Assembly (NCBI GenBank): GCA_044376115.1
Contig: JBILLK010000011.1
Location: 128,001-192,000 of the forward strand
Length of the DNA stretch: 64,000 bases
Direction of reading: 5' to 3'
Origin: Polyangiaceae bacterium
GTDB lineage: Bacteria; Myxococcota_A; Polyangia; Polyangiales; Polyangiaceae
The translations under genes were made by a program, and so were the position numbers. Position 1 is the first letter of the stretch. Every line of letters begins with the position of its first letter. Under the pieces are notes generated by a model. The model ran no database searches. It had not been told where the DNA came from and saw nothing but the letters and a program-made list of their open reading frames with translations. Positions 52,855-63,202 of this stretch are shown piece after piece.

Positions 52855-55800
52855 ATGAGAATGTGGATGCGGGCGGTCAGCGTAGGCACGTTAGGCCTCG
52901 CTGCCGGAGGATCCTGGGGATGCGCTGAAGAGCGTGCCCCCATTATCCGGACTCAACCGAACCAAATGCCAAAGTCGTTCTTCATAGGTGAGGACTTCCA
53001 AGGCACCGCGGATGACCCCGAGTTCTATGCTCGCGTGGCCATCGTCGATGTACCGTACGGAGCGGAGCAGGACGGCCTCTTCACTTCGACGTACGCCCAG
53101 CCTCCGACCGTCATCAAGTGGCAGGTGACCGAGGATCTCCTTCTCGGACGCATTGTCTACAACCGGATCGAGGGCGCCGACGGCAAAGGAGACGGAGCAA
53201 GCAGCATTGATGGGCAGCTCGCCTATGCCTTCCCCATCCAGAGCCACTTCGACATTCGTCGGGACTACAATCCGAGCACTGGTGAAGAAGGTAACGTAAT
53301 CGTTGAAAACACCACGGACCGTCCGTGGGACCAGCGCACGCACATGCGTGTTGATTGGGCGCGCAACCTAAACGTTGATGCCTACGACTTCGACACCTTG
53401 TCGATGGTCGGCATCTACGGTGGCGTCACCTACGAGCCCGTTGCTTGGGACGTAAACGATCCAACCGATCCGGATGCACCCGAGTTCGCTTTGGACGAAG
53501 GCTACTTCGACATCACTACCAAGGCGCTCGCAACGCCAGGTGTGGTTGACCTCTCCCACCTCGGCTGGGGCATCGACTCCTTCCCCGCGTGCTTCTTGCC
53601 TCGAGAATTCGGCGGCGGCACGTGGCCTAACGGAAACTGCAACCCGACCGAGCTAACGCTGCGAATGGCGTTCCGGCGCGTCGTGGCCTCCGACTACGAA
53701 CCCGTAGATTGGACGGGTCAAAAGTTCGATGCGTTCGGCATCTTCTACGGTGAGCGTTTCGGCTACGCCCGGAACTACGGCATCGTCGACCAAGAGTGGC
53801 ACCGCTTTGCTGCTCGCTACAATATCTGGGAGAAGTCACACGCTTACCAGGAGAAGGCTGGCGAGTGCGCAGCCGGTTGGGTCGAAAGCAAAGACTTCCC
53901 CGGTCAATGCGAGCTTCCCTGCTACACCGCAGAGAAGACGCCCGCTGGGCAAGATCCGAACCGAGACTGTGGAACGGGAATCGACTCGTCTTGCGTCGGC
54001 TCGGAGGTCGCTCCCAACGGTACGGCTGATGAGTGTGAGGCAGCAGGAGCTGGCTCGCAATGTGATCAGTTCTCTCAGAAGTGCACCTTGCCTTACGGCG
54101 AGCGCACTTCGAAGGCGATCGTTTGGCACCACAGCAAGGGTTCCAATCAGGAGTTCTTCGAGGGAACTGAGTGGGCAACCAACGAGTGGGACGTCGCGAT
54201 GCGCATGTCCGTTCGGGTTGCTCAGTACAGCGAATGCATGAACGTTCAAACCCGGAACGGGACTGCCCTGGCTGACGCGAAGTCATCGTGCTGGTCCAAG
54301 TTCCCCGTTTACTACGGTCAGCAGGACGAGAACGAAGACGCGGTGGCGCTTGCCCGAGAGGTTGACGACTGTCGCGCTGCCACTGGAGTTTGGGCTGAAG
54401 ACGCAGGGGGCGCTGCCGCCTGGTCAGAAGAGCGCATCTCCTTCTGTAACAAGCAAGCCGACACGTTGGGCGCAAAGCGCGGTTACAGCGCTGGCGTCAT
54501 CTCCATCGCCAAGATGGATGAGATGGTCACGCTATGCCACAGCCCGGTGGAAGCGAATGACTCTCCCAAGTGTGTCGCAGACATCCAACGCTTCCAAAGT
54601 GATGAGGCGAAGGCAAAGGACGAACGAGCTGTTCTCCCGGCAAACATCACCGCCCTGATGTGCGACCAGGCCTGGGTAAACCGCTACGACAACCCTGAGC
54701 TGGTCGACGAGAGCGTGTTGGCTGCTTGCGACAACGGCTTCGCCGCTCGCATCGGCGACATCCGCTACCACCAAGTCAACACGGTCAAGAATCCGCAAAC
54801 CCCGTCTCCCTGGGGCATCATGGCGGATGCTGACGACCCGCGAACCGGCGAAAAGATTCACGCGTCCATCAACGTTTGGTCCCACGTCAACGATCTGTTG
54901 AGCCAGGGCCAGGTCGACATGATGCGTTACATCAAGGGCGAGATCCCGACCGACGAAATCACCGACGGCACCTACGTTCGTGAGTGGGCGGGGGCTGCTG
55001 GAGCCAAGAAAGGCATTGGTACCTCTGACGCCGAGACCATCGCACGTCGCCAGACGGCGATGTTCGACGGTCGCTCCTTCGAGAACGGTTCTCCGCGCGT
55101 TGATGCGGACAACCTCCCCGAAGTGACCGAGGAGATGAAGACCTTCCACAAGCAGGTCATGGCTCAGAAGATCAAGAGCATCCGCTCAGAGGCCGGCGTT
55201 CAGAGCATCAACCGCCCGTTCGTCGACGCACGCCGCACGGCCGCTCTCAACACCGCGACCGAGGCAGCGCTAATCACCCCCGCAATGATGCAACTGGCTG
55301 GCTTTAACGGCTCAGATGTTGACGCTGGGCAATCGGAGCTCGCAGCTGGCCACGGCGTTAGCCCTGGCGCCGCTGCTGCCTCGATTCTTCGAAGTCTGAA
55401 CCCGGCAGTCTCGCGCGACCTGCGCCACCTTCGAGAGAACGCACTCGCTGCCCGCGGGGTTTGCGTGCTCGACAGTGATGCGGCTTCGTCGCCGACTCCC
55501 AACACCATCGCTCAACTCGCCAACGTCATGGAACGCAAGTTCGGTCCCTGGGGCGCAGCCACCAAGGACGAGCAGCTCGCCCACGGCTCGGCGATCCAGA
55601 AGTACCTCGCTCAGAAGTTCCAGTACGGCGTCATCATCCACGAGATGGGTCACTCCATCGGTCACCGCCACAACTTCGTCAGCTCCTCTTACGCCTGGGG
55701 CTTCCGTCCTCAGTACTGGCAGTTGCGAACGAAGGACGGCGAAGTCGACAACACCTGCATCAACGTAACGGACGGCGAAAGCTGCATTGGTCCGCGTTAC

Positions 55801-57981
55801 TTCGACGCAATCACCGACAACGAGGAATCCAACCTCATCCACATGTGGGCGCAATCGTCCGTCATGGACTACGCCGGCGACATCTCGCAAGACCTACTCG
55901 GCCTTGGCGCGTACGACTTCGCGGCAGCGCGCATGTTCTACGGCCAGACCGTCGCGGTTATGGACGGTGAGGACAACAAGGCTGACGGCCGCAACGCCGA
56001 CACCATGCTTGGAGTCATGGACGACTTCGGTGGCATCCTCGGCTACAGCTACGTGCGCAACGGTGGAAACCCGATCCACTACTCGAAGCTGCAAGACGAG
56101 ATGGGCCTCATCTCGAATTGCCAAGAGGTCAACGTCGATGACTTCAAGCCGCGCAACTGGGACGCCGACAAGTACGGCGTTTGGGACGGCTTGGTGGACG
56201 GATTGATCGTGACGCAGAACGGGAAGGCCACCCGCTGCGACACGATGCCGGTCGACTACGTTCCTTACGACACGCTTCGTTTGCCCACGGCCGACGAAGC
56301 CGGGAACTTCTATCGCGGCGGCCCCGCGGTGGATCACCTCGACCGTATCCGAACCCCCTACGGCTTCGCCACCGACCGCTGGGCAGACACGGGCAACCTC
56401 GCTGTGTTCCGTCACGATAGCGGCGCGGACGCATACGAATTGTTCAACTTCCTCATCGCTCAGCAGGAGACGGGGCACATCTTCGATAACTATCGTCGTG
56501 ACCGCACTGGCTTCAGCGTACGTGGCGCTTCAGGTCGTACCCTGGGCCGCTACAACGAGAAAATGCGTGATGCTGCGAAGGGTCTCGGACTCATCGCCAA
56601 CATCTACCGCGACATCATGCTCACCAGCGGGCTCGACTTCGATGCCGGCGCTGGCGCAGGTCTCTTCAACTTCTTCTTCCCGCAGAACGTGCTCGCCTCG
56701 GGTCTGGCCTTCGATCACTTCACCCACCAGTTCCAGCGGCCGCAGCCCGGTGGACACCAGGTTGGTTGCAAGATCGGTAACGCCCTCACCGGTGCGCCCT
56801 GCTCGATCGCGGAGGAAGATCGCATTCTTCGTGCGACCGATGAGAACGCCTACAACGGCGCTCCCACTGGTCTCAACGTGAGCATCTACAACGGCGCCAC
56901 GGGCATGTTCGACATGGTCTCGTTCGGCGGTAAGGTCGTTGAGAACCGTCTCGGCACCGGCCAAGGCGACTTCGACGCGGACTACACGATCAACGCTGGC
57001 TCGTACTACGACAAGGTGTACGTGCCGATGCTGCTCACCGAGTCCGTTGACAACTTCATCAGTGACTCGCTCGGTGACTTCACCGATCCGCGTTACCGCT
57101 CCGTATCGATGGCCGACCTCTTCCCGGATGGCTACCGTCGGTTCCTTGCGAACAACCTCACCGGCGACGACTGGATCAAGGGCACTCGCGTTGCTTCAAC
57201 GGGTGGCGCTAACTCCGGCCCCGTTGTTGACAGCGAAGAGTACCCGGTCGGTGGCATCGGTTGGACCACTTGGTTCACTCCCGAAGTCTCGATCTGCTTC
57301 CCCGGCGAGAACCAACTGCTCTGCTCGCAGTACGGCTGCCCCGAAGGCACCATCTGTGAGTCGAACGGTAACCTCGAGCCGACCAGCGTTGTTGCGCTCG
57401 ACAATCCCGACGCACCGACCACCACCCTCGCGGTTGACCCCCAGGTCAGCTGGGAGCAGTGGAAGTGGCTCATCACCATGACGCTCTGGTACCTGCCGGA
57501 GAATCAGAAGCGGAACTGGATCAACCTGATGGGTATCTGGGAGATCGGCGCCGATGACGATCCGGAGTTCGAGAACCGAATCGAACTGCACATCCCCGAT
57601 GGTCCGACCTACGTTGCCCGCACCTACGGTACCGAGGTCATCCACGGCCGCACCGTTCAACGTGGTATTGCCGCTCGCATGCTTGAGTACGCCAACTCAC
57701 TGCTGGTGCAGTCCTACGAGACCACCACGTTCGTCAGCCCGCAGGGTGTCACCTGGTACCTGCCCGTCATCGTTGACGGAAAGGCTCGTGTCTTGTTCGA
57801 TCCGAACGTCTCGGACGTCTCGTCGAACCCGACCTGCAGCTCGACCGACAACAGCGGTTGCACCTGCTCCTCGAACGTCGCCTGTGGCGCGTTCGAGAAG
57901 TACACGCCACTCCCGGCCTTCCTGCGCCAGTCGATGCACGACTTCCGCATGGCGGACGCGACGATGAAGGGCATCTACTAA
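52855..57981 (+). CDS. Giant (~1700 aa) lipoprotein with a metzincin-type Zn-metalloprotease motif
   Basis: AGGAGG RBS, SWGC lipobox, HEMGHSIGHRH (HExxHxxGxxH), Met-turn-like SSVMDY, Cys-rich inserts. Confidence 0.88.
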   Translation: MRMWMRAVSVGTLGLAAGGSWGCAEERAPIIRTQPNQMPKSFFIGEDFQGTADDPEFYARVAIVDVPYGAEQDGLFTSTYAQPPTVIKWQVTEDLLLGRIVYNRIEGADGKGDGASSIDGQLAYAFPIQSHFDIRRDYNPSTGEEGNVIVENTTDRPWDQRTHMRVDWARNLNVDAYDFDTLSMVGIYGGVTYEPVAWDVNDPTDPDAPEFALDEGYFDITTKALATPGVVDLSHLGWGIDSFPACFLPREFGGGTWPNGNCNPTELTLRMAFRRVVASDYEPVDWTGQKFDAFGIFYGERFGYARNYGIVDQEWHRFAARYNIWEKSHAYQEKAGECAAGWVESKDFPGQCELPCYTAEKTPAGQDPNRDCGTGIDSSCVGSEVAPNGTADECEAAGAGSQCDQFSQKCTLPYGERTSKAIVWHHSKGSNQEFFEGTEWATNEWDVAMRMSVRVAQYSECMNVQTRNGTALADAKSSCWSKFPVYYGQQDENEDAVALAREVDDCRAATGVWAEDAGGAAAWSEERISFCNKQADTLGAKRGYSAGVISIAKMDEMVTLCHSPVEANDSPKCVADIQRFQSDEAKAKDERAVLPANITALMCDQAWVNRYDNPELVDESVLAACDNGFAARIGDIRYHQVNTVKNPQTPSPWGIMADADDPRTGEKIHASINVWSHVNDLLSQGQVDMMRYIKGEIPTDEITDGTYVREWAGAAGAKKGIGTSDAETIARRQTAMFDGRSFENGSPRVDADNLPEVTEEMKTFHKQVMAQKIKSIRSEAGVQSINRPFVDARRTAALNTATEAALITPAMMQLAGFNGSDVDAGQSELAAGHGVSPGAAAASILRSLNPAVSRDLRHLRENALAARGVCVLDSDAASSPTPNTIAQLANVMERKFGPWGAATKDEQLAHGSAIQKYLAQKFQYGVIIHEMGHSIGHRHNFVSSSYAWGFRPQYWQLRTKDGEVDNTCINVTDGESCIGPRYFDAITDNEESNLIHMWAQSSVMDYAGDISQDLLGLGAYDFAAARMFYGQTVAVMDGEDNKADGRNADTMLGVMDDFGGILGYSYVRNGGNPIHYSKLQDEMGLISNCQEVNVDDFKPRNWDADKYGVWDGLVDGLIVTQNGKATRCDTMPVDYVPYDTLRLPTADEAGNFYRGGPAVDHLDRIRTPYGFATDRWADTGNLAVFRHDSGADAYELFNFLIAQQETGHIFDNYRRDRTGFSVRGASGRTLGRYNEKMRDAAKGLGLIANIYRDIMLTSGLDFDAGAGAGLFNFFFPQNVLASGLAFDHFTHQFQRPQPGGHQVGCKIGNALTGAPCSIAEEDRILRATDENAYNGAPTGLNVSIYNGATGMFDMVSFGGKVVENRLGTGQGDFDADYTINAGSYYDKVYVPMLLTESVDNFISDSLGDFTDPRYRSVSMADLFPDGYRRFLANNLTGDDWIKGTRVASTGGANSGPVVDSEEYPVGGIGWTTWFTPEVSICFPGENQLLCSQYGCPEGTICESNGNLEPTSVVALDNPDAPTTTLAVDPQVSWEQWKWLITMTLWYLPENQKRNWINLMGIWEIGADDDPEFENRIELHIPDGPTYVARTYGTEVIHGRTVQRGIAARMLEYANSLLVQSYETTTFVSPQGVTWYLPVIVDGKARVLFDPNVSDVSSNPTCSSTDNSGCTCSSNVACGAFEKYTPLPAFLRQSMHDFRMADATMKGIY

Positions 57982-58045
57982 TCGTAGACGCTAGTTGAGT
58001 TCCAGCTTCACTCAAGCAGTGGAGCTGGCTCTCGCGAGTTAGAGG

Positions 58046-58072
58046 AGGCCCCGTTCACGCGGGGCCTTTTTT
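58046..58072 (+). terminator. Rho-independent terminator, preceded by a second hairpin at 58002-58028
   Basis: AGGCCCCG-ttcacg-CGGGGCCT followed by a T-run. Confidence 0.9.
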
Positions 58073-58180
58073 CGTTTGTGCGGTTTCCTGGCTCTCGCAG
58101 AGATCTGCCAAGGAAGTCTTCGGCCGCTTTGACTGAAGAGGAGCGCTGACCGCTCGGTTCGGCTCTGGTAGAAGACGTGG

Positions 58181-59683
58181 GTGTTTCGAAAAGTCCTGAT
58201 CGCGAATCGCGGCGAGATCGCCGTGCGTATCACCCGCACTTTGCATGAGATGGGCATCGGTGCCGTCGCCGTTTACAGCGACGCTGATCGCTCGGCCCTA
58301 CACGTCCGCATGGCCGATCAGGCGATGCCTTTGGGGCCGGCCGCGGCTTCGGAGAGCTACCTGCGGATCGACAAGGTGATCGATGCAGCCAAGCGCAGCG
58401 GTGCTGACGCGATCCATCCTGGCTACGGCTTCCTAAGCGAAAACGCGGATTTTAGGCAGGCTTGCGATGACGCAGGGATCGTCTTCATCGGTCCTCCGGC
58501 CTCGGCGATGCGCTCGATGGGCTCGAAGACCGCCGCCCGCGAGAAGATGGCTGCCGCCGGCGTACCGATCACACCTGGAGGTTCCGCCAACACCGTCGAG
58601 GAGGCTCTCGTAACGGCCGAGCGCGTTGGCTACCCGGTCATGCTCAAAGCCGCGATGGGCGGAGGCGGAAAGGGTATGCGTCTCGTTCATCATGCTTCCG
58701 AGCTCGGGCACAATCTCGAGCGCGCTCAAAGCGAGGCGCTGCGGTCTTTCGGCAATGGCACGGTCTACATCGAGAAAGCCATCGTCAACCCACGTCACGT
58801 CGAGATTCAGGTGCTGGGCGATCAGCATGGCAACATCGTCCACCTGTTCGAGCGAGACTGCTCGATCCAGCGGCGGCATCAGAAGGTGGTCGAGGAAACA
58901 CCCTGCCCAGTTGCCACGCCCGAGCTGGTTGCAAAAATGGGCGAGGTCAGCGTGCGCGGCGCGGCGGCTGTCGGCTACTTCTCGGCTGGCACCTTCGAGT
59001 TCTTGCTGGGCGAAGACGGGAGCTTCTACTTCCTCGAGATGAACACCCGCCTGCAAGTTGAACACCCCATTACGGAGTGGATCACCGGCGTGGATCTGGT
59101 TCGTGAGATGGTGCTCGTGGCAGCCGGTGAAAATCGAGGCTACCGCCAAGAGAACATCACGCGGCGCGGTGCTGCGATCGAGTGCCGGGTGTACGCGGAG
59201 GATCCGCAGACAGGCTTCCTTCCGAGCCCAGGGACGATCGAGGCGCTGCGTTCACCAAACGGCGCGTGGGTGCGCGACGACGGCGGCTACTACGCTGGCG
59301 CCGAGGTCCCCAGCCACTACGATCCGCAAATCGCGAAGCTCAGCGTGTGGGGCCCTACGCGCGAGCAGGCCCTACGGCGCATGCAGCGTGCGCTTTCGGA
59401 GTACGTTGTAACCGGCATTCGCACCAATCTAGCGTTCCACCAAAAGCTGCTCGCCCACCCAGAGTTCCAACAGGGCAAATACGACACCGGCTTCATTGAG
59501 CGGTTTCGCGCTGAGCTGCTCGGTTACGCCAACCTCGACGCCAACGATGAGGCAAGGATCGCCGCGGCGATCGCGCTGGCGGTGCATCACGAGTCGCGCG
59601 AGCCCAAGTTCGGCTTCGATGCTTCGGTCGCCACGGGGTCCCCATGGGTTCACCACCACCGAGCGCGCACGCTCGGATCGTGA
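58181..59683 (+). CDS. accC: Acetyl/propionyl-CoA carboxylase, biotin carboxylase subunit
   Basis: KVLIANRGEIA, HPGYGFLSEN, GGGGKGMR, ERDCSIQRRHQK, EMNTRLQVEH. No fused biotin-carrier domain. Confidence 0.93.
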   Translation: MFRKVLIANRGEIAVRITRTLHEMGIGAVAVYSDADRSALHVRMADQAMPLGPAAASESYLRIDKVIDAAKRSGADAIHPGYGFLSENADFRQACDDAGIVFIGPPASAMRSMGSKTAAREKMAAAGVPITPGGSANTVEEALVTAERVGYPVMLKAAMGGGGKGMRLVHHASELGHNLERAQSEALRSFGNGTVYIEKAIVNPRHVEIQVLGDQHGNIVHLFERDCSIQRRHQKVVEETPCPVATPELVAKMGEVSVRGAAAVGYFSAGTFEFLLGEDGSFYFLEMNTRLQVEHPITEWITGVDLVREMVLVAAGENRGYRQENITRRGAAIECRVYAEDPQTGFLPSPGTIEALRSPNGAWVRDDGGYYAGAEVPSHYDPQIAKLSVWGPTREQALRRMQRALSEYVVTGIRTNLAFHQKLLAHPEFQQGKYDTGFIERFRAELLGYANLDANDEARIAAAIALAVHHESREPKFGFDASVATGSPWVHHHRARTLGS

Positions 59684-59783
59684 GTCAATCGGCGGCGCCA
59701 AGCCGCAGTTGAGCGGCTTGGACGCCCGGCCTTCCCAATCGCAGACAGGGTGCTACGCTCTGGCCTAGCCTTTCGGAGGTTGG

Positions 59784-60956
59784 ATGGCCGACGGCGTGGT
59801 AGTGGGCAAGGAAGGGGGAGACGCGGACGGAACGGCCGCTGCTCGCTCGCGTTCGGTCGCGGTCGTCGACGAGACGTCGGCCTCCGAAGCTGCGCCCTTT
59901 AGCCTCGATCGCGATCGCATCAGCTTCGACGTGGTCGAGCGGCTCGTTCCCCGGGGCTCGTCACGGTACGCCTTGCGACTGTGGGTGGCCGGCGGGGTTG
60001 CGCTCGCCGTTGGGGCCGTCTTCGTGCTCACGGTCAACGCTCAGAGTTCGGTTGGTGGCACCTTCGCATGGTTGTTGGCGTTCGGACTATCACTCGGTGT
60101 GGTTGCGGCCCTTGCGCTGCAAGCGTTGCGGCAACACCGGCGTGCACCCCGCCAGCGCGCAAAGGCTCGCGCGCTCGTGCTCGAGGAGAACTGCCTCACG
60201 CTCGAGCGGCGAGACCTTCCTCGGCCGAGCGCGATTGTTGAGTCGCTGTGTGAACTCGGGCTCGAAGACCGGTTCGGCGTGATTCTGCTGACCAACCGCA
60301 GCCGAGAGAGGTTGGTCGCGTTGGTTACTACGCCTGCCGGAACCATGCCCGTGGCCACCAACGTTGCACCCGGCCAACGGCATGAGCTCGAGGAGCTGTT
60401 TGCGCGCGCTGCGCCGCTGAGCTCCGAAGACAACGCGCTGTTTGCTGCAGGGCCCGACGGGCGCTCAATCGTGGTCGAACCGCGCGCATTTCGTGACCTA
60501 TTGGGCAGGCTGCTCGGCCGTGATCCGACTTGTGTCGGAAGAATGGTCCTCTCCGACCAAGCGGGTCGCCCGCTGCTCGTCGACGATGATGCGCTCGTTG
60601 TTCGAGGACACCGCCTGGACCTGCATCGGCCGCTCGAGTGGCGTCCAATTCACTTTCAGGAGATCTTCGGGAACGCCGTCACCTACTACCAGGGTACGTG
60701 GGTGCGTCAGGATGCTGTCGAGGTGGTCTTCGTCTCGTTGCTTCCGCCGGCGTTCTTCGATTCGGATGTTCGGGACTCGTCGCTTGATTCAGATCTCGAG
60801 GTTCGTGAACAGACGCGGCTGCTCAATGGCGCATTGACCGAGCCGCCTCCGCTCTTTCAGCGCGTCGCGCTCGAGGGTCTCTTTGTTCTGCCTATGCGCA
60901 CGGCGCTCGACAAGGCACCACGCGCCAAACGAGCCTCCTCCGAGACGACGCACTGA
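59784..60956 (+). CDS. Hypothetical membrane protein
   Basis: Two TM helices followed by a soluble domain; fills the gap between accC and xseA. Confidence 0.7.
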   Translation: MADGVVVGKEGGDADGTAAARSRSVAVVDETSASEAAPFSLDRDRISFDVVERLVPRGSSRYALRLWVAGGVALAVGAVFVLTVNAQSSVGGTFAWLLAFGLSLGVVAALALQALRQHRRAPRQRAKARALVLEENCLTLERRDLPRPSAIVESLCELGLEDRFGVILLTNRSRERLVALVTTPAGTMPVATNVAPGQRHELEELFARAAPLSSEDNALFAAGPDGRSIVVEPRAFRDLLGRLLGRDPTCVGRMVLSDQAGRPLLVDDDALVVRGHRLDLHRPLEWRPIHFQEIFGNAVTYYQGTWVRQDAVEVVFVSLLPPAFFDSDVRDSSLDSDLEVREQTRLLNGALTEPPPLFQRVALEGLFVLPMRTALDKAPRAKRASSETTH

Positions 60957-60998
60957 ACTTCAAACATTCAGGGCGGCCATTGCTGTAGATCAGCGGTC

Positions 60999-62372
60999 GT
61001 GACGGACGCTGCCGACGCCCCCCAAAAACGCATCTACTCGGTGAGCGAGCTCGGACGGGCGTTGCGCAACCATCTCGAGAAGAAGACGGCCGGAATCGAG
61101 GTGTGCGGCGACGTAACCGGGCTCAAAGGCGCGGAAAGTGGTCACGCTTACTTTGCGCTGCGCGATGACCGGGAAGAAGCCTCGATTGACTGTGTGCTCT
61201 ATCGCAGCGGGCCGGTTCGCTCGCGCCGGCTGCTCGTCGAAGGCACCAAGGTGATCGTGACCGGCCGCATCACCTTCTGGCCGCCTCGCGGGCGAGCTCA
61301 GTTTGTGGTCGAGGCGGTTCGCGCTGCGGGACGCGGCGCCCTGCTTGAACAGCTGGAGAAGTTGAAAGCGAAGTTGCTCGCGGAAGGCTTGTTCGAGCCC
61401 GCGCGAAAACGTCGACTGCCGAGCGATCCGCGGGTGATTGGCGTCGTTACGAGCGGGCAAGGCGCAGCTCTGCACGACATCGTCAAGGTCGCGTTCGAGC
61501 GCGGGCCCGCGCGCATCCTGCTGTCACCGGCGCCTGTTCAGGGGGCCGGTGCTGCCGCTGCTTTGGTGCGCGCGCTCAGCAAGTTGTTGCGGCATCCCGA
61601 AGTGGACGTGGTCATCCTCGGGCGCGGCGGAGGCTCGCAGGATGATCTCGCTCCCTTCAACGAAGAGGAGTTGGTGCGGGCCGTGGTTGCGTCCTCGGTG
61701 CCCATCGTCAGTGCGGTAGGGCACGAGGTAGACACGACGCTGGTGGATCTCGCCGCGGACGTTCGCGCAGCAACGCCTTCGCAGGCAGCCGAACTCGTGG
61801 TCGCTGATTCGCGCGCACGGACCACCAAGCTGGAGCTCGCAACCCAGCGACTGAGCCGCTCCCTCGAACGAACGCTTCGCGACGCCTCGCAGCGGACCGA
61901 TGAGCTTTTCGGCGAGTTGGAGCAGGCCGCGAAGGTTCGACTCGGCCAAGAGAAAGCGCACACGCAAGAACTCGCGCGGCGCATGTCCGCGCGCCATCCC
62001 ACGCGTGTGTTGCGGGCGTTCCGGTTGGACGTTGGGCAGAAGCTCGAGCGCATGAATCACGCGATGCAAATGCGTGTGCAACGCGCAAAGCCGATGCCAA
62101 GCACGTTGCGACTGCGCTTGGACCAGGCCATTCGTTCGCGGCTGGATGGGGAACGGAGCACCGTCGAGCGGCGAGTTGCGGCACTCGAGGCTCTATCGCC
62201 GCTCTCGGTGCTGACTCGCGGCTACGCTGTCGTACGTAAGCGCGCCGGCCGGACGTTGGTACGTGATGCCACGGTTCTAGCGCCTGGAGAACGGCTGGCG
62301 ATCGACTTTGCCCAGGGGACGGTGGTTGCCGAGGTGGTCGAGGTCCTTCCGAAGCCCGGTGATGAAGCTTGA
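60999..62372 (+). CDS. xseA: Exodeoxyribonuclease VII large subunit
   Basis: SVSEL, SGHAYFAL, GVVTS..GAA..D, RGGGS..DL..FN, SAVGHEVD, TPSQAAE, LSPLSVLTRGY. Confidence 0.96.
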   Translation: MTDAADAPQKRIYSVSELGRALRNHLEKKTAGIEVCGDVTGLKGAESGHAYFALRDDREEASIDCVLYRSGPVRSRRLLVEGTKVIVTGRITFWPPRGRAQFVVEAVRAAGRGALLEQLEKLKAKLLAEGLFEPARKRRLPSDPRVIGVVTSGQGAALHDIVKVAFERGPARILLSPAPVQGAGAAAALVRALSKLLRHPEVDVVILGRGGGSQDDLAPFNEEELVRAVVASSVPIVSAVGHEVDTTLVDLAADVRAATPSQAAELVVADSRARTTKLELATQRLSRSLERTLRDASQRTDELFGELEQAAKVRLGQEKAHTQELARRMSARHPTRVLRAFRLDVGQKLERMNHAMQMRVQRAKPMPSTLRLRLDQAIRSRLDGERSTVERRVAALEALSPLSVLTRGYAVVRKRAGRTLVRDATVLAPGERLAIDFAQGTVVAEVVEVLPKPGDEA

Positions 62373-62413
62373 TCTTGCGCCCTGCCTGTGGCCTTCATGC
62401 AACACGTATGTCG

Positions 62414-63196
62414 ATGAAATTCTCGCTGTGGCCGGTCTGGGGGCTGGCGCTGTCGTCTGCCGTAGCGGTGCTGCTGGCTTGCACCGATCCACCTCCCGCC
62501 AAGACGCCGCAAAAGAAGGTGGCGGCCGGCTCCGACTTTGACCCCTGCGAGGGCAGCAAGCCCCCGTGGCGAGAGTACTTTGGCCCTCTGAAGGGAGTCC
62601 GTTGTGAACAGGAGCAGTTCCTGCGGATGGCGGACGTGGCGCGCCAGCTCGACGTCAAGTGCCAGCACTGCCATGTACCCGACCCGCAAAAGGAGGACGC
62701 TTTCATCTACTCGGATATGACCGAGAACAAGGAGAAGGCTTTGTGGATGCACCACACGCTCATGACCGGATTGCGGCGCAAAGACGGCGAGCCGATGAAG
62801 TGCAAGAGCTGCCATCTCGACAAGAACGGCAAGCCTGCAGCAAAGTTTCTCGGCACGCCGCGAGATATCGCCTTCACCGTCGAGTGGATGACCACGGTGA
62901 TGACTCGCCAGTTCGAGCACGCAGACGGCTCCAAGTTGATGTGCAAGAGCTGTCACGTCGGTGGTTGGGGCACCCAAGCGTTCGACCCCAAGGTGATCGG
63001 CAAAACGGTCAATGTGCCGCGTGGCCCGGACGCCGACGCCATCGATCCGCCGGCTCCGGAGCCATCGAGTAGCGCATCCGTCGAGCCATCGGCGAGCTCA
63101 GCCGTACCACCCGCGAGCGCCTCCGCCGCGCCTGCAGCGAGCGCTTCTGCTCCCAGCGCGAAACCACTTCCCACCCCTCCTCCGACAAAGAAGTAG
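62414..63196 (+). CDS. Triheme c-type cytochrome lipoprotein
   Basis: LLAC lipobox, CQHCH, CKSCH, CKSCH, Pro/Ser/Ala tail. Alternative start at 62408. Confidence 0.88.
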   Translation: MKFSLWPVWGLALSSAVAVLLACTDPPPAKTPQKKVAAGSDFDPCEGSKPPWREYFGPLKGVRCEQEQFLRMADVARQLDVKCQHCHVPDPQKEDAFIYSDMTENKEKALWMHHTLMTGLRRKDGEPMKCKSCHLDKNGKPAAKFLGTPRDIAFTVEWMTTVMTRQFEHADGSKLMCKSCHVGGWGTQAFDPKVIGKTVNVPRGPDADAIDPPAPEPSSSASVEPSASSAVPPASASAAPAASASAPSAKPLPTPPPTKK

Positions 63197-63202
63197 ATCC
63201 CG

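Noticed and set aside
62414..63196. Evidence of a photosynthesis gene cluster
   Set aside because: Only a short PufC-like cytochrome is present, with no pufLM, bch or crt genes in the window.
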